This document shows, piece after piece, positions 23,401 to 36,860 of a DNA stretch of 64,000 bases. Made by a program: the position numbers and the translations under genes. The number at the start of each line of letters is the position of its first letter. Within the stretch, counting starts at the first letter, position 1. Origin of the DNA: Vicugna vicugna (taxonomy: Eukaryota); NCBI GenBank assembly GCA_013265495.1, contig MU058540.1:2753696-2817695 (forward strand), written 5' to 3'. The notes beneath the pieces are model-generated. The model was not told the DNA's origin. It made no database searches and saw only the letters and a program-made list of their open reading frames with translations.

Positions 23401-26400
23401 TACTGAGTGCTTATTTTATGCAGGTTCCGAGCCCAGGGAGGGCCTCTAAGGGGAGGGGAGGCCGAAGCTGGAAATAAGAAGTAGTAGGAGTGATTACACT
23501 GGATGGGGTTAAGGCTCTTCAAGAGGTGGGAATGACATGAGCAAAGGCATGGAGGTAGGAATGTATAAAGTATGTTACAGGGAAGAGTTCAGTTAGAACA
23601 GAGAGTTCAAACTAATAAATAAATTTAATACACATCCATTCAGTGTCTACTATGTGCTAGACACTAAGTCACCCAGATGAAGTTGAACAACAACAAAGAA
23701 ATCCTTCTTCTGTGGACACTGTACTGAACAGCAACATAATAATAGCTCACATTTATTATTATTGTTGTTGCAGCAGCAGCAGCAGCAGTAGTAGCAGTAG
23801 TAGATACCTGGCACTGTTTTAAGTACTTTGTATTTATTTACTCATTTAATCCTCAGAACACCCACATAAAGTAGGTATGGTTATCTCTAGTCTACAGATG
23901 AGGAAGCACTGGCACTGAGGCAGAATTCAAACCCGGAACCCATGCTCTGACTGCGACACTCCACTACTCCACTATCCTCAGTGAGAAAGGGCGAGAGGTC
24001 AGGTTGTCAGGTAATTGACTGGTCTGGACAGTGGTAAATGCTGGGCAGAGGGAGTGGTGATCCAGTGCTTTTGGAAGATTAGCCCATGGGCATGTGACTG
24101 GAGGGACTTGGGGGTTCAGGGGGCAATTGCATTCCCTTGTCCTCACTGAGGAGGGGCAGAGGCGTGAAGACAAAGAAGGATCAGTAGTTAGGGCTTAGAA
24201 CATTCCTCAGGGCATACCTTGTCTGGAATAAATGAACTTGGCAGAACTTGTTCCCTCCCCATCAAAGAGGACTGACTACCAGTTTTCTGTGGATTATTCT
24301 TTGTATTATCATTAATTGCAGTTCACTGGGGGTGGGGGGGTCTTTCTGGTGGGTCAAACCCTTATCCCAAAACAAGGGGCTTGAAGGGTCTCCAGACTTG
24401 GCTAGAAGACATGATGATTTGCACAATGACCAGCCTCAAACCTTCTCCCCAAATTCCATCAACCAATCCTCAAACCCAGTGTTCTGGTGAGTCACAAACC
24501 CACTCCCAGTCTCCCTCATCCCCTGTCCCTTCCCCATAGCTCTACCCTGCAGGTCCCTTCACATTTCTTCATCAGAAATCCCAATGCCAGCCCCTCTTGA
24601 AGGCCAGTCTGCAGGTGCCTGTGCATGACTGGAGCCATGCGTTTGTTTCGGTGGTACCACTGCTTTTGCCTCCCTGCTTGCCAACCACTGCCATGCCTGC
24701 TCTAGATTTACAGAAGCACAAGCCAGATCCCTGTTCCAGCCTCTTCCAGGTCTCAGTCATGTTTCCTGAACGGATGTAAAATTTCACTCTGACTTAGGTG
24801 AGAGCAGCCAACTTTATTTTGGCTGCCACCATCCGGCTGCTGCCAGTGCAGCCTCTTAGAGTGCCCCTCCCTGCACCTGCACTCATGGCCCTCTTGGTTG
24901 CACAGCTTTGCCAAGCCTTCTCCCTGCTGGGTTCTGCCTCAGGGAAAGGCCCTGCCCCCTGGAATCCCAGAAGAGCCTGGATCCTCAGGCACCATGCCCC
25001 CTCTGTGTGCCTGTTGGCCATTCTCTCCTCCTTCCTCTCTAGCTTTGCTCTGACCCACAAAACAGAACTAACCTTGTGCAGATACCCACTCTGGGGCAGG
25101 CTGGGGTCCAGGGGTCACATACTCCCGTGAGTTGGCAACAACTCTAAGAACGCATTTCAAGATTGCCCTTAAAGAACATCCTCAGCCAGGCATAGCCCTT
25201 GAAGGCTGGGGATTCCCACCCAGGAATTTTTCCAATAATCTACCAGCTGTTTCTTCTCTTTCTGTGGTTTTATATTTCTTTCTGTTCCAACTCCTCCTTT
25301 CGCTTTCAGTATGGCAGCTCAGGCCAAATGGTGGTGGAAGGTGGGGAACTAGCATTTGCTAAGGCAGGAGCTATGGCCATGGTCAGCTGTGCCAAGGGAG
25401 GGGATGGGATGAAGGAGGAAACGGGAGTGGAAAAGAGGAAGTGAGACCAGCAGCAGGGTGGCCCTCTTGTTTTTCTGGTGATCTTCATGTCATTCAGCTC
25501 TGGGCATATAGCCCTGTCTCCTCCTGGCCCCTGTCAAAAGTGTACATTTCCTACTTGGGAGGGTGACACATTAACCCAGTAACGCCAGTTCACTTTTCAG
25601 ATGTGCTAGCTGTTACCTAACAGAGCAGAGACCAAGGAGAAGGGCACAGTGAACATGTAAGTTGTGAAGAAGCGTGTAGGAGGGGTTGGGTGCATGGAGC
25701 ACATGTTTGAGGAGGTACCATGGCACCTCTGAGCAGGAAGGAGGTACCAGACGCTCCAGGGACTTGGGTAAAAGGATGAACCCCTACCTAGGAGGACCTT
25801 TTTCACTGCATAATTAGGCTCCAAGAGGATGGGTAAGGTGAGTAGGCAGGCTCTCTTGGTGAGATCATTTCCCTGATGTGATGTTGGGCATCACAGCATT
25901 TGCCTGTGTCACTGGGTCTCCACAGTGGATCCCATGGACAACTTTCTGATGGGATAGCTACTGGCCTCAGCTTCAGAAAAGGATTAAACTCAGCTGTATG
26001 TAACAGAAAAGCAAAATAAGGGGCTTAAACCAGAGAAAGCTTTATTCTTCTCTCATGTACAAGAACTGAGGAGACAGACAGTCCTGAGCATTTTAAAAGC
26101 AAGACTTAAATGAATAGAGGCATCCAGGTACCATTCACCTTCTTGACTCTACCTTAGGGATTTTTCCAAGTGGGCAGCTCATTCTGTGTAGAGCTTGATA
26201 AATGTGCTCTGCATGGCCTTCCTTCTTGTCTCATGGCCTCACGGCTCCACATGCTTCTTGGGCTCATTTCCCAAATCCTTATCTGGGGGTCTGCCTCTGG
26301 AGGACCCCTAACCAAGATACTAATGTGGGTGAGCACTTAATACATTCAAGGTATTGTCTCATTTCCTCCTCAGCCTTAACTGGTGAGATGCCATTATTAA

Positions 26401-29400
26401 GCCCCATTTTAGGGATGAGGCTATAACTTGCTCAAGGTCACCCACTATTGGAGCCAAGACTCAAAAAAGCTCATCATTTTGTGATACTTCCTGGGATCGA
26501 TCCTAGACCTGAACCCCCAAATCAGATAACGCACACTTTTAGGCTTTTGACCTGTTCTGCCAAGTGGCCCCTGAATAAAGTCTAGCCGACTGCCCCATCC
26601 TACCAGCAGTGTGGGAGACGACTCATTTATCACATCCTCACTGTCAAGGGCTCCTAGCTCTTTCTAGCTAAGCCCCTGTGAGCCCATTCCTCCAAATTAC
26701 GTCTTTTTTTAAACGCAGAAAGCATTAATATTAACTAGCCTGTCAGCCTTATACTAGCAAACATGCAATATCTATCTGTGAGTTGAACTAAAGAGATGAA
26801 ACCAAGTGTACAAGTTCCTACCCTGAGCAGAAGAGTCTTCCTGGGAGTGAAGCTTTTGCCCGACTCCCCTCCCTGGAGCCAGGTGGGTGGAGATGGGTGG
26901 GTAGGCAGATGGGAAAGGGAGAGGAAGGATCAAGGAGGAAGGGCACCTGATGGTCACTGTGTTGTGAGGCCTGGGGAGGGAATCTCTGCACAACTTTGCC
27001 CTCTTCTGCCACATTCCTTTTCTTTGCAGAAATACTGGTGAGGTGGGAGTGGCTGAGCCTACAGCCCCCTATCTCTTCCCCTTAGATGTTTGAATAGCCT
27101 ACCAGCTACTCCCCACCCAGGTGTGCCATATGCCTGAGGGTGACAGGAAAAACATGCAGGCAGCTAGAGGGACTCACCGGAATTCCTCTCTCACCTGCAT
27201 GTGAAGCTGCTGTTTCAGATATCTTTGGTGAGAAGGGAACCCTACCTATGGCCCCAGGATGGGGCTGTGCCTACCTGACTCCTTTCTAATAAAACTCTCC
27301 TACTGCCCTTTATAGTATCCAAAATGCTTTCACATCAGGGAACTCCTTTGATCCTTCTTCAATCTGTAAAGTGGGCTGAGTCAGGGTATCATTATCCCCA
27401 TTTTACAGATGGGGGAGTTTGAGGCTCTGATTAAAATGATGGTTCAATGTCACATGGTATAACTCAAGAATTCTGTAGCCCTGCCTACTAATTATCATAA
27501 TTATAGTGATAACAGTGTTCATTGAACATTATTACATGCAGGTCCTGTGTGAGTCTCTTTATTCAAATTATGTCTTTCAGTCCTCACAAAACCCTCTCAG
27601 ATGGATAGTCAACTGCATCTGGCAGAGTTGAGATCTGAACCTGGGGTGTCCAACTCCATAGCTGGGGGTTCTCAAAGTGTGGTTCCCAGGCCAGGAGGAT
27701 CAGCCAAGAACTTAGAAGACATGCACATTCTTGGGAACTGCCCCAGAACTACTGAATTAGAAAATTGGGGTGAGGCTTGGCAGTCTTTGGTTTGACATGC
27801 CCTCCAGGTAATTCTGATGCACTCTCAAATTTGAGAGTTGCTGTCCTAATACATTCTTTTAACTCAGTGGATTTTAATCCTGAATACACAGTGGAATCAC
27901 TTGGGAGCTTTAATAAATACCAATGCTGGGCCAGACCAGAATCTCTGCAATGGGGCTCAGGCATCAGTTTTTTTAGAAGCTCCTTATGTGTACTTCACTG
28001 CCTTTGACATGCACAGGGAGGTAAGCCCTGGAATGCTCCACAGTTTACCAGAAAGTTCTAGAGTAGAAGAGGAGGGCAGTCTGTTTCAGAGAATCCTAGA
28101 GGGAATGAGCGAAGACTTGGAGTCCAGAAAGGAGAGACTCCGGGGGCTTAGCCCCTCCTTCTTGAGATGCCTCCACATGGGCCTAGGAAGCCTGCAGCCC
28201 TGGTGGCTGGGGCCCAGAGTGCAGAGTGCCCCGACTGTTTGTCTTGGCGTTTGCCCAAGCAGGCAGTTCTGTGTAGAGCTGCAGCTCTTTTGTTTGTGTG
28301 GTTTAACTGTTGGCCCAGTTTTGCCAGGGCTAATTAGATATCCCTGCAAGGAGCACATCCCTCTCTAGTCCATAGGATTCCCAAAAAGGGACTGAAGGCA
28401 CTGTTTCCCCTTAGAGTTCAGGCAGGGCAAGGGTATGGGGTTCTGGCTCCTGCTTCTAACTGTATCATTCTGGGCCTCAGGTTTGAGGATCTGATGAGTG
28501 TATCAGTCAGGGTCCAGTCAGAAGACAGAAACCACAATGGTCATTTCAACAGACAGAATCTACATAAAGAATAATTAAGTACTGAAGAACTGCAAAGACA
28601 GAGAGAATGTCGAAGTATCAGTGGGTCACAGCCACAGGAAAACACAGGGTTTCCCTAGAGCTGGAGGTACAAATGGAAAAGGCTGCAGTTGTTAAAACTT
28701 AGAATCACTTTGCTGTACACCTAAAACGAATACAACATTGTAAATTAGCTATACTTCAAGTAAAAAAAAAGTTAGGTCAATAAACAGGTTCCCTTTGCTA
28801 TGAAAACTGTAGTCACAAAGATTTGTCATAAACATGGAAATGAGAGAAGGCTGCTTCCTGGAGGAAGTTAAGGTTGGGCTGGGGCAGAAAAGATGAATGG
28901 GAGTTAATCATATGAAGAAAACAGAGTTCCAGGCAGGAAGAACAGTATGTGCAAAGACTCTGAGTAGGACATGGGGAGCATGAGAACCCAAGTCTTGCCC
29001 CTGACCTCTGGCCAGCTGACCTTGGCCAGCCCTCCCAGGCATGTAGTCCACCTGCTGGGACCCACCATCACCCCAGTTTGGAGCCCTATGGCTAACTCTT
29101 CCTGGATCATGCTGGAGGCTGGCCATCCTCAGCTAGTGTAGAGCTCAGCCTCCCTCAGCTCCAAGTGACAGGCTGGCCTCAGAGGCCTCCTGAGGGAGGC
29201 CTGAAAAAGTCCCAAAGCTGGAAGCTGGTCTAGGGACTGATAGGGACAGTCCTGTCAGATAGGGAGCTGGGCAAGTCCCTGGCGAATCTTTGAAGAGTTA
29301 GTGAATCAGCGTACCATATAAATGACCTTTGTAAAAAGAAGCCCCAGGACAGCTGGGGGCACAAATGAGCAATGCTCACCCCCTTCCCCCAACCACCAGA

Positions 29401-30539
29401 ACCTCAACTGGGAGTCTTGGAGCACTCAACTCACACCAATTAACTCCTACTCCTTGACCCGGTGAACGGACAATGATTAAGCGTATTTTGCAGGCAGGGA
29501 AACGGAAAGGCAAGGCTGGAGAGAAAAGCTGCTGTTTGGTGGAGATTCCAGGTCTGATCTTTTTGGGAAGCAGTTGGGCCTTTGGAGAATAAGATTCTGA
29601 GGAACCACATGGAGGTTTTGCGAGGACCCAGAGAGCCTCTGGGATGAGCAGGCAAGATTCTAGTTTTCTAATGGGACAGGAAAGGGGGAGAGACAGACTA
29701 GAGGAAAGAAAGGGAACCACTCTTCCTAGATTTCCCAGTGCCTCCTCTCTGCCCTGTTTACAGAAAACAAAGTGCCTCTGGCTGACCCTGGACCGGTTCC
29801 CTTGGAATAATTATAGCAATCACTGTTAATGCTCCCAGGAGGGCACAGTCCTTCCCCATCCTGCCACTGACTTGGCAAAGCTGAAGGCCCAGCTGGGGGC
29901 CTCATGCTGGCATCTGTTGGGATCTGCATACTTGAGGTCCCCAATCCACCTCCCCCAACCTAGACAGCACTGAAAGGTGCCCAAGGCCATCCAAGTTTCC
30001 AAGGGCCCAACTAATCAAGCATTGAGAGCTGTGTCATCCTCATCACTGGGAACATTTGATGAGGAGGAACCATCATTGAATGGGCTCCTCCAATCCCCAA
30101 TGGGAAAATAAGCCTCTCCCTTCCTGACATCCCCCGTCTGCCTGAGGTAGGTCTTTCAGAAGAACCCACCCAACCAGAGGCACTGAACAAAGACTGTTTG
30201 AATTCTCTGAAGCTCCCTTGGAGGGCAAGGGTGAAGGTGTATGCACAAATCCCTGTTGGGTTGGGGGGCCCTGCAAGATGCCACCACCCATCTGCCTGGG
30301 CACCGGGGCTACTGGAGGACAGGGGAACCACCTGATGGGATGACATGAGCCAGGACATAAGATTTTGGGTAGAGACCTGGGACTTACAGAGGGGCAGCCC
30401 CCATTGATTTATGCAGGTCCAGAGACACTCTGCCTTAACACCCCTTGCATGCCATCTTTCCTAATAGCCTGATGTACCACAGGCAGGGGGTTTCTTTCTC
30501 CCTCCTCTACTTTGTTCCCATCCACCTCACCCCAGGTCT

Positions 30540-31010
30540 GGGGGTGTGCTGGAGCCAGCTCATACAGGCTTGCAAGAGCCAACTGTTAAATATTCAGGAA
30601 TGAGCTGGTTGTTAAACAAAGCCATCATTAAAAATTAAATTATATGAATCAGTGTTTCTCAAACTTTCATTCATTATTGCCTCCTAAGAAGTCTTTTTAT
30701 ACATTTTTTCCCCTAGTCTCCTACCACCCTCCCCATGAAATCTTAATATCACAGATAATATCTTATCTTAATATCACAGATAAGCTGTATGTCCATTTAT
30801 GTACTGGTTTATGTATTTGTGCTCTATACCTACAAAAGAGTAAGACTTTTTTGCCTCCTGCCAAGAACCAATTTTCACCCCTGTTGACGATGCATGATAT
30901 AAACTCATAATTAAATAAATTATATTAAAGACAAAAGTAATATATACTCAAAATTCATCACTTTCTAGTTATTTTACTATCATTTTATTATTATTGACAT
31001 TTTTGAAGTT
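30540..31010 (+). mobile_element. hAT DNA transposon fossil (MER63-like) with a nested hAT-type insert at about 30650-30897
   Basis: gtgtgctggagccagctcatacaggcttgcaagagccaactgttaaatattcagga is a MER63-type end; it is interrupted by cagtgtttctcaaact... Confidence 0.6.
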
Positions 31011-31123
31011 ATTGATATATCTTTTTCCCCCTGGAGAGCTGCGCATTTACCAGCCCAACACTGGACAAATCTTTTAGTAAAATAACAGACATTTTGAGAA
31101 GTGGTTAAAGAAACAGAGGTTTG

Positions 31124-31290
31124 GGGGGAGTGGGGGAGGGCATAGCTCAAGTGGTAGCATGCATGCTTAGCATGGAGAGATCCTGGGTTCAACCCCCAGT
31201 ACCTCCTCTGAAAATAAATAAATCTAATTATCCCTCCACCAAAATAAAAAAATTAAATAATACAATAATAAATTCTAAAAAATTTTTTTA
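31124..31290 (+). mobile_element. tRNA-derived SINE, camelid (Vic-1-like) type
   Basis: GGGGAGGGCATAGCTCAAGTGGTAG (A box), GGGTTCAACCCC (B box), A-rich tail, approximate TSD AAAGAAA(C)AGAGGTTTG on both sides. Confidence 0.85.
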
Positions 31291-32254
31291 AAAGAAAGAG
31301 GTTTGTCCAGTAAAAATCTCACTTGAAGGTATGTAGGAGAATGTGGAAAATTCTAGGGGACGCAGGAAGAAGAGGGAAGAGGAGCTCAGAGAGAGAAAAG
31401 ACCTTCTGATGCTAATTCCATATTGGCTGTTGGGCGTCTCTCTTACGAAAAGTTTGAAAAGGGGGGGAAAATAGTGGGGGTATATATGTGTATATATAAT
31501 CCACATCCTCGTGCTCTAAGTGTTTGTGATTAGCAATTGCTTGCTTTTTCCTAATGTGTAATGCAGACCTTTATACACCACTGTTAAGGGTCAGGGGCAT
31601 AAAGCTGAGACCCTCTTCTCTCCACACCCACTGTCCCTTTTCCTCCCAGTGTCTTATGTCTAGAGTGTCCTGTAAATACCTGAATCTCTACTCGAAATGG
31701 CATGCTGGGCTCTATGAGGAACACAGAGAAACTGACAACGTGCCTGGCCTTGAAGACGAGGAGAAGACAAGACTTTCACACGCAGATACACAATGCGGAA
31801 GCACTGCATCACTTCTTTCTCTCCGGGACCCAGTTACCTCACCATTGAAATGGAAGGGGTGGACTGAGTTTTCAGGAGGACCTTCCAGCTCTCACTATCC
31901 TTGCCTGGAAAGCTATCTGCTCTTCCTTCCATCTGGACAAAGCTACAAGGTTCTGCCCAGGCACTGTATCCTCCCTCTCCTCTGGCCTCAATCATCACCC
32001 ATTTGCCTGTAGAATGGCCTTTTAAAACTCAGCCCAGTGCCATCTGCTTCTTCGACAAAAGTCCCAAAGTCTACAGTATGTGAGAGGGTAGAGCATGAAT
32101 TCAAATGCTGTGCCATTACTTGTCAGCTGGAGGACTGTAAGCATCATCAATCTCTCCCAACACCAGCTTCTTTGTCTTCAAAACAGGAATAAGGCCCACA
32201 GTGTCGAGCCTTGTGTGAAGACACAGGAACTAGTGTGTTACGCATGAAGCTCCT

Positions 32255-32565
32255 TGTTATGGATTGAATTGTTTCCCCTCCACAAACTCATATGCTGAAG
32301 CCCTATTCCCCAGTACCTTAGAATCCAATCTAACTGGGGTCCTTATAAGAAGAGATTAGGACACATAGACACCAAGGGTGCGTGTCCAGAGGGACAACTG
32401 TGTGAAGAGGCAGCAAGAAGGCAGCCATTTGTAAGCCAAGGATGGAGGCCTTCAGAGAAATCAAACCTTCTGGCACCGTGATCCTGGACTTTCAGCCCCT
32501 TGAACTGTGATAAATTTGTTCAAACCACCTAGTCTGTGGTATGGCAGTCCTAGCAGACTAATGCA
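32255..32565 (+). mobile_element. MaLR solo LTR (MLT1A/B-like)
   Basis: TGTTATGGATTGAATTG...CTAGCAGACTAATGCA with TG..CA ends and near-TSD CTCCT/GTCCT. Confidence 0.8.
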
Positions 32566-35500
32566 GTCCTTAAGAGGCATTGATTCTTTCTGCCTTTAAT
32601 TCATGTCAGTCTTGTTTTATGTGTGGGAAGTCTTGTTCCTCTGCTTATAAATGACTGAAGAGTGAGATCCAGCCCGGTGTATCTTTTCTTGTGTCCCCAG
32701 AGCACACAGTTCAACGTCAGGCAAAAAGGGCACAAAGTCAGACTTCTCTCCTTACTGTCTGCTTCACCCATCTGTGGACAACGGTGTGGGGACCCAGCTG
32801 CCATCCATCAAAGTGCTTTTTAAACTGCAGGTCATGGACTCAATTTAGTGAGTACATGAGCACTTTTCAAAAATAATGACACAGAACAGCAGAGAATAAA
32901 AAATGCCAGCGTGCATCTTGGGCAGTAAGGGGAAGCATTATTTCACGAAACTTGTACTTGGTTTTACATATTTGTAACTAAACATTAAAAAATAATTATA
33001 AACTATTCTAAGTGCTATGAATTGTGTTTGTGTGTCTGGTTACTGCATTGTGGTGTTAAATCCGTTTCTTATTGTGAGTTATAATCCTCAAAGTTTGAAG
33101 AAACACTGCCCCCTACCAGTGTTTTTAAATTTCTCTTTGATTGAGTTTATGATTGAAAAGCCAATCAGCAAGTGGTTCAGGGTTGCCCTGGGGTGGTTTA
33201 GGGGCAAGGACCAAAATGGGAGGAGTCACCCTGACCAGCCCCAATAGCCTTGGAGCCCTGGCCTTGGGTGCTTTCCTCTGTGTGTCCTAGAATAAGTGAC
33301 ATGACTTCCTTGGGCCTCAGTTTCCCCATCTGTATAAGGGGACTTACAAAAACTACTAACAGGGGTTCTGTGAGGATTATCAGGAGCCAAGGAACCCAAA
33401 GGTACCCACTCGCTGATGTAAGAGGCAGTTTTATTTAATTATTTTGTTATTTAATCATTTCATTCATGTCTGCCTGCTCTAGTAGGTTAATTGTTTCTTT
33501 CTTTTTCTACCTCAGGAGAAAGGAATGTACTTGCCCTTCACCCCTCAGGAATCCCTGGCTAGGTGTTGAAGGGGTATCCAGAAAGGTATTTCAGAGGCTA
33601 AATCCCGAAGTGAGACTCTCCTAAGGATTTTATGCAGATAAAATCAAGTTCTGGTATATTCTCAAAGTAGCTTCCAAAGAGGAGTTGATGTCCCAAGAGG
33701 CCAGGAGGAGCAGCGTCTCACTCTTTGCCCAGGAATCACAGGGATCTAGGCCTGCTGCCACCCCTCTGCACTCTGGCTGGGCTCCCAGGAATGGTGCCTG
33801 CAAGACCTGAATCACTGCTAGAAGCCATCTTGGGCCCCTGGGAGTGTAGGGTTGGGGCAGCTTTCCCAAGATGGTTCCCTGAACCTGGTGGTCCAACAAA
33901 CCCCTCCCTTAGCCAGGCTGCTTCTCTCCATGACAGGCCTATCATCTCTGGTCCGAGGCCTCTCCAAAAACCATGTTGGCGAGCATTTATGACTCAGCAA
34001 CTGGAACAGGTATAGGTATAAGTAACTGGCCCCTACCCCTACTCTGATTCTGACCCTCCTCCAGCTCCAGTTCTAGTCTCCCCTCTCTGACCCCAGAACC
34101 ATATCTAGGTCACCATCCTGACCTCAACCCCCTGGTTCAGAGCAGAGAGCACTGGATACAGAGGCAGGAGCTTTGTGAATATTGTACTATGTAAATGTGT
34201 TACCTATTAAAAATTTAAACAAAACAAAGTTAATTATAAAGACTATGAGGCAACAGGGGGAAATGCTAATAAGACAGGTAAGAAAAAAGATAAAACACTA
34301 TATTCAGTAGGATTATAACTATGTAAAAAAAAATGCACGCTAAAATTTCCATCTGTGGAAGGAACATTTTAGTTCTTTTTTACTTCCTTCTTTTTTTGTA
34401 ATTTTTCCAGAAATTTCTGTAATAAACATATACTTCTTCTACTAGAAAAAAAATAGTAACAGAGAATACATAGATACTAACAGAATGAAATATTCTGTAT
34501 AATCTCAATTGTGAAAAAACGGTATTGAAAAAGACTGGAAGGAAATATGCAAGATGTTCACAGTGGTTGTCCCCTGAGTATGAGATACAAGGTAATGTCT
34601 AAAATATTACTGTATTTTGTGTTACTTTCATGATGGATAGACGGAAGGAAGGAAGAAAGGAAGGAAATCCAGTGGAAGGGAATTCTTCAAAATAACAGCT
34701 GTATTAGGGTAGTAAGATTACAGGTCATTTCTGTTGCTTTGTTCAGTTTTCTAAATTTTCCATTATGTGGTTTTGGTGTTATTTTAGCAGGAATGAAACC
34801 CTCACTGCTGCAGAGTGGGGATCTACTCCCCAAAGTCCTGCTCAACTGTGCTAAAGAGCTAGAGCTCCTAGTTGCTTGTTATTCGTTGCAAGTGACAAGG
34901 CCCAAGGGGTTGCTCTGGATAACGGGAGATTGCTACTGGTGACATGTTGCTGGGGAGAAAGAGCAAAACATTAGAGAACCCTTAGGCCCTTAAAATGTCT
35001 TAGTCGGCAAACATGGAGCCCTGACTGCTGGGGCTTGGTGTCGGAGAGTATAGGGGAGCAAGACCAATCCTACCCTCCCTGGGCTCCAGCCTCCTACAGC
35101 ACTCTAGGCAAGTATGTTTCATGCAGAGATGGACAAGGAGTCCTTAAGGAGGTTTAAGCAGAGGCCCAGCAAGATTAGGCCTTGTAGAAAATGACTAACT
35201 TTGCCAATGGACAAAAAAACAAAAACAAAAACAAAAACAAAAACCCTTGTCCAAGGGTTGAATCCTCACTGGTTCTCACTTGCCTTGCCACAGGGAACAC
35301 ATGTCCACTCAGAATCTTCTTGATGGAAGGACACTGTTAGTGATTACAAAGCAAACTGCCCAACAAAGATTTTGGTCATCCAAATTCAGAGACCTGGGTT
35401 CTGATTCTGGGTCTACCAGATATGGGACCTTGTACAAGCAATTCCACCCTCGTGAGCCTCAATCTCGTAATCTGTAAAATGGGGAGAATCATCGTAATAA

Positions 35501-35884
35501 AGAATAATACCTGCCTTGACGACCTCCCAGAGCTTCTGTGAGGATCAGATGACACAGTATATATAAAAAGCACTTTAAAGGTATAAAGAACATCAGCTGA
35601 TGAATGGATAAACAATACATGGTATATCAATACAATAGAATTCTGTTTAATCTTAAAAAGGAATGAGGTACTGATACATGACAACATCAACCTTGAAAAC
35701 ATTATGCAAAGTAAAATAAATCAGAGGCCACATATTGTATGATTCCATTTATATGAAACAATGTTTATGTTTATATAAAACATAAACATAAACACATATA
35801 CATTCTTTTCAGATTCTTTTCCATTATAGATTATTATAAGATATTGAATATAATTTCCTGTGCTATACAGTAGGCCTTGTTTAT

Positions 35885-36860
35885 CTTCTGCTGCATTTCT
35901 ATATACTAACGAAGTATCAGAAAGAGAAATTAAGGAAATTTACCACTGTATCAAAGAGAATAAAATACCTAGGAATAAACATGCCTAAGGAGGCAAAACC
36001 TGTACTCCAAAAACCAAGACACTGATGAAAGAAACTGAAGACAACACAAACAGATGGAAAGATATACCATGTTCTTGGATTGGAAGAATCAATATTGTTA
36101 ACATAACCATATTACTTGAGGCAACCTACAGATTCAATACAGTGCTTATCAAATTACCAGTGGCATTTTTCACAGAACTAGAGCAAATAATTATAAAAAT
36201 TTGTAGGGAAACACAAAAGACCCTGAATAGCCAAAACAATCTTGAAAAAGAAGAATGGAGCTGGAGGAATCATGCTCCCTGACTTCAGACTATACTGCAA
36301 AGCTACAGTAATCAAAACAATATGGTACTGGCACAAAAACAGACATAGATCAATGGAACAGGACAGAAAGCCCAGAAATAAATCCACGCACTTATGGTCA
36401 ATCTACGGCAAAGGAGACAAATGTATACAATGAGAAAAGACAGTCTCTTCAATAAGCAGTGCTGGGAAAAGTGGATAGCTACATGCAAAAGAATGAAATT
36501 AGAACATTCTCTACCACCATATACAAAAATAAACTCAAAATGGATTAAAGACCTAAAGGTAAGACCGGATACTATAAGACTCCTAGAGGAAAACATAAGC
36601 AGAATACTCTTTGACATAAATCACAATAATATTTTTTTGGATCTGTCTCCTAGAGTAATGGAAATAAAAGCAAAAATAATCAAGTGGGACCTAATTAAAC
36701 TTAAAAGCTTTTGCACAGCAAAGGAAACAATAAACAAAACAAAAAGACAACCTATGGAATGAGAGAAGATATTTGCAAATGATGTGACTAACAAGGGATT
36801 AATTTCCAAAATATATAAACAGCTCATATGGGTCAACATAAAAAAAAAACAACCTAATCA
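35885..36860 (+). mobile_element. LINE-1 ORF2 C-terminal fragment, frameshifted and non-functional
   Basis: ORF pieces [40 protein letters not shown] and [13 protein letters not shown]...[19 protein letters not shown] are L1 ORF2p motifs in three different frames. Confidence 0.95.

Noticed and set aside
16967..28368. Assorted 100-155 aa ORFs in the intergenic interval
   Set aside because: No recognisable domains, mostly non-ATG starts, often overlapping repeats, and no consistent exon chain.
31133..31205. tRNA gene (also 54392-54466)
   Set aside because: A and B boxes are present, but the copies are diverged, have SINE tails, and the first has a clear TSD. They are SINEs, not tRNAs.
36025..36762. 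Protein-coding ORFs resembling a reverse-transcriptase protein
   Set aside because: Frameshifted, truncated L1 ORF2 remnant lacking the endonuclease and RT core.
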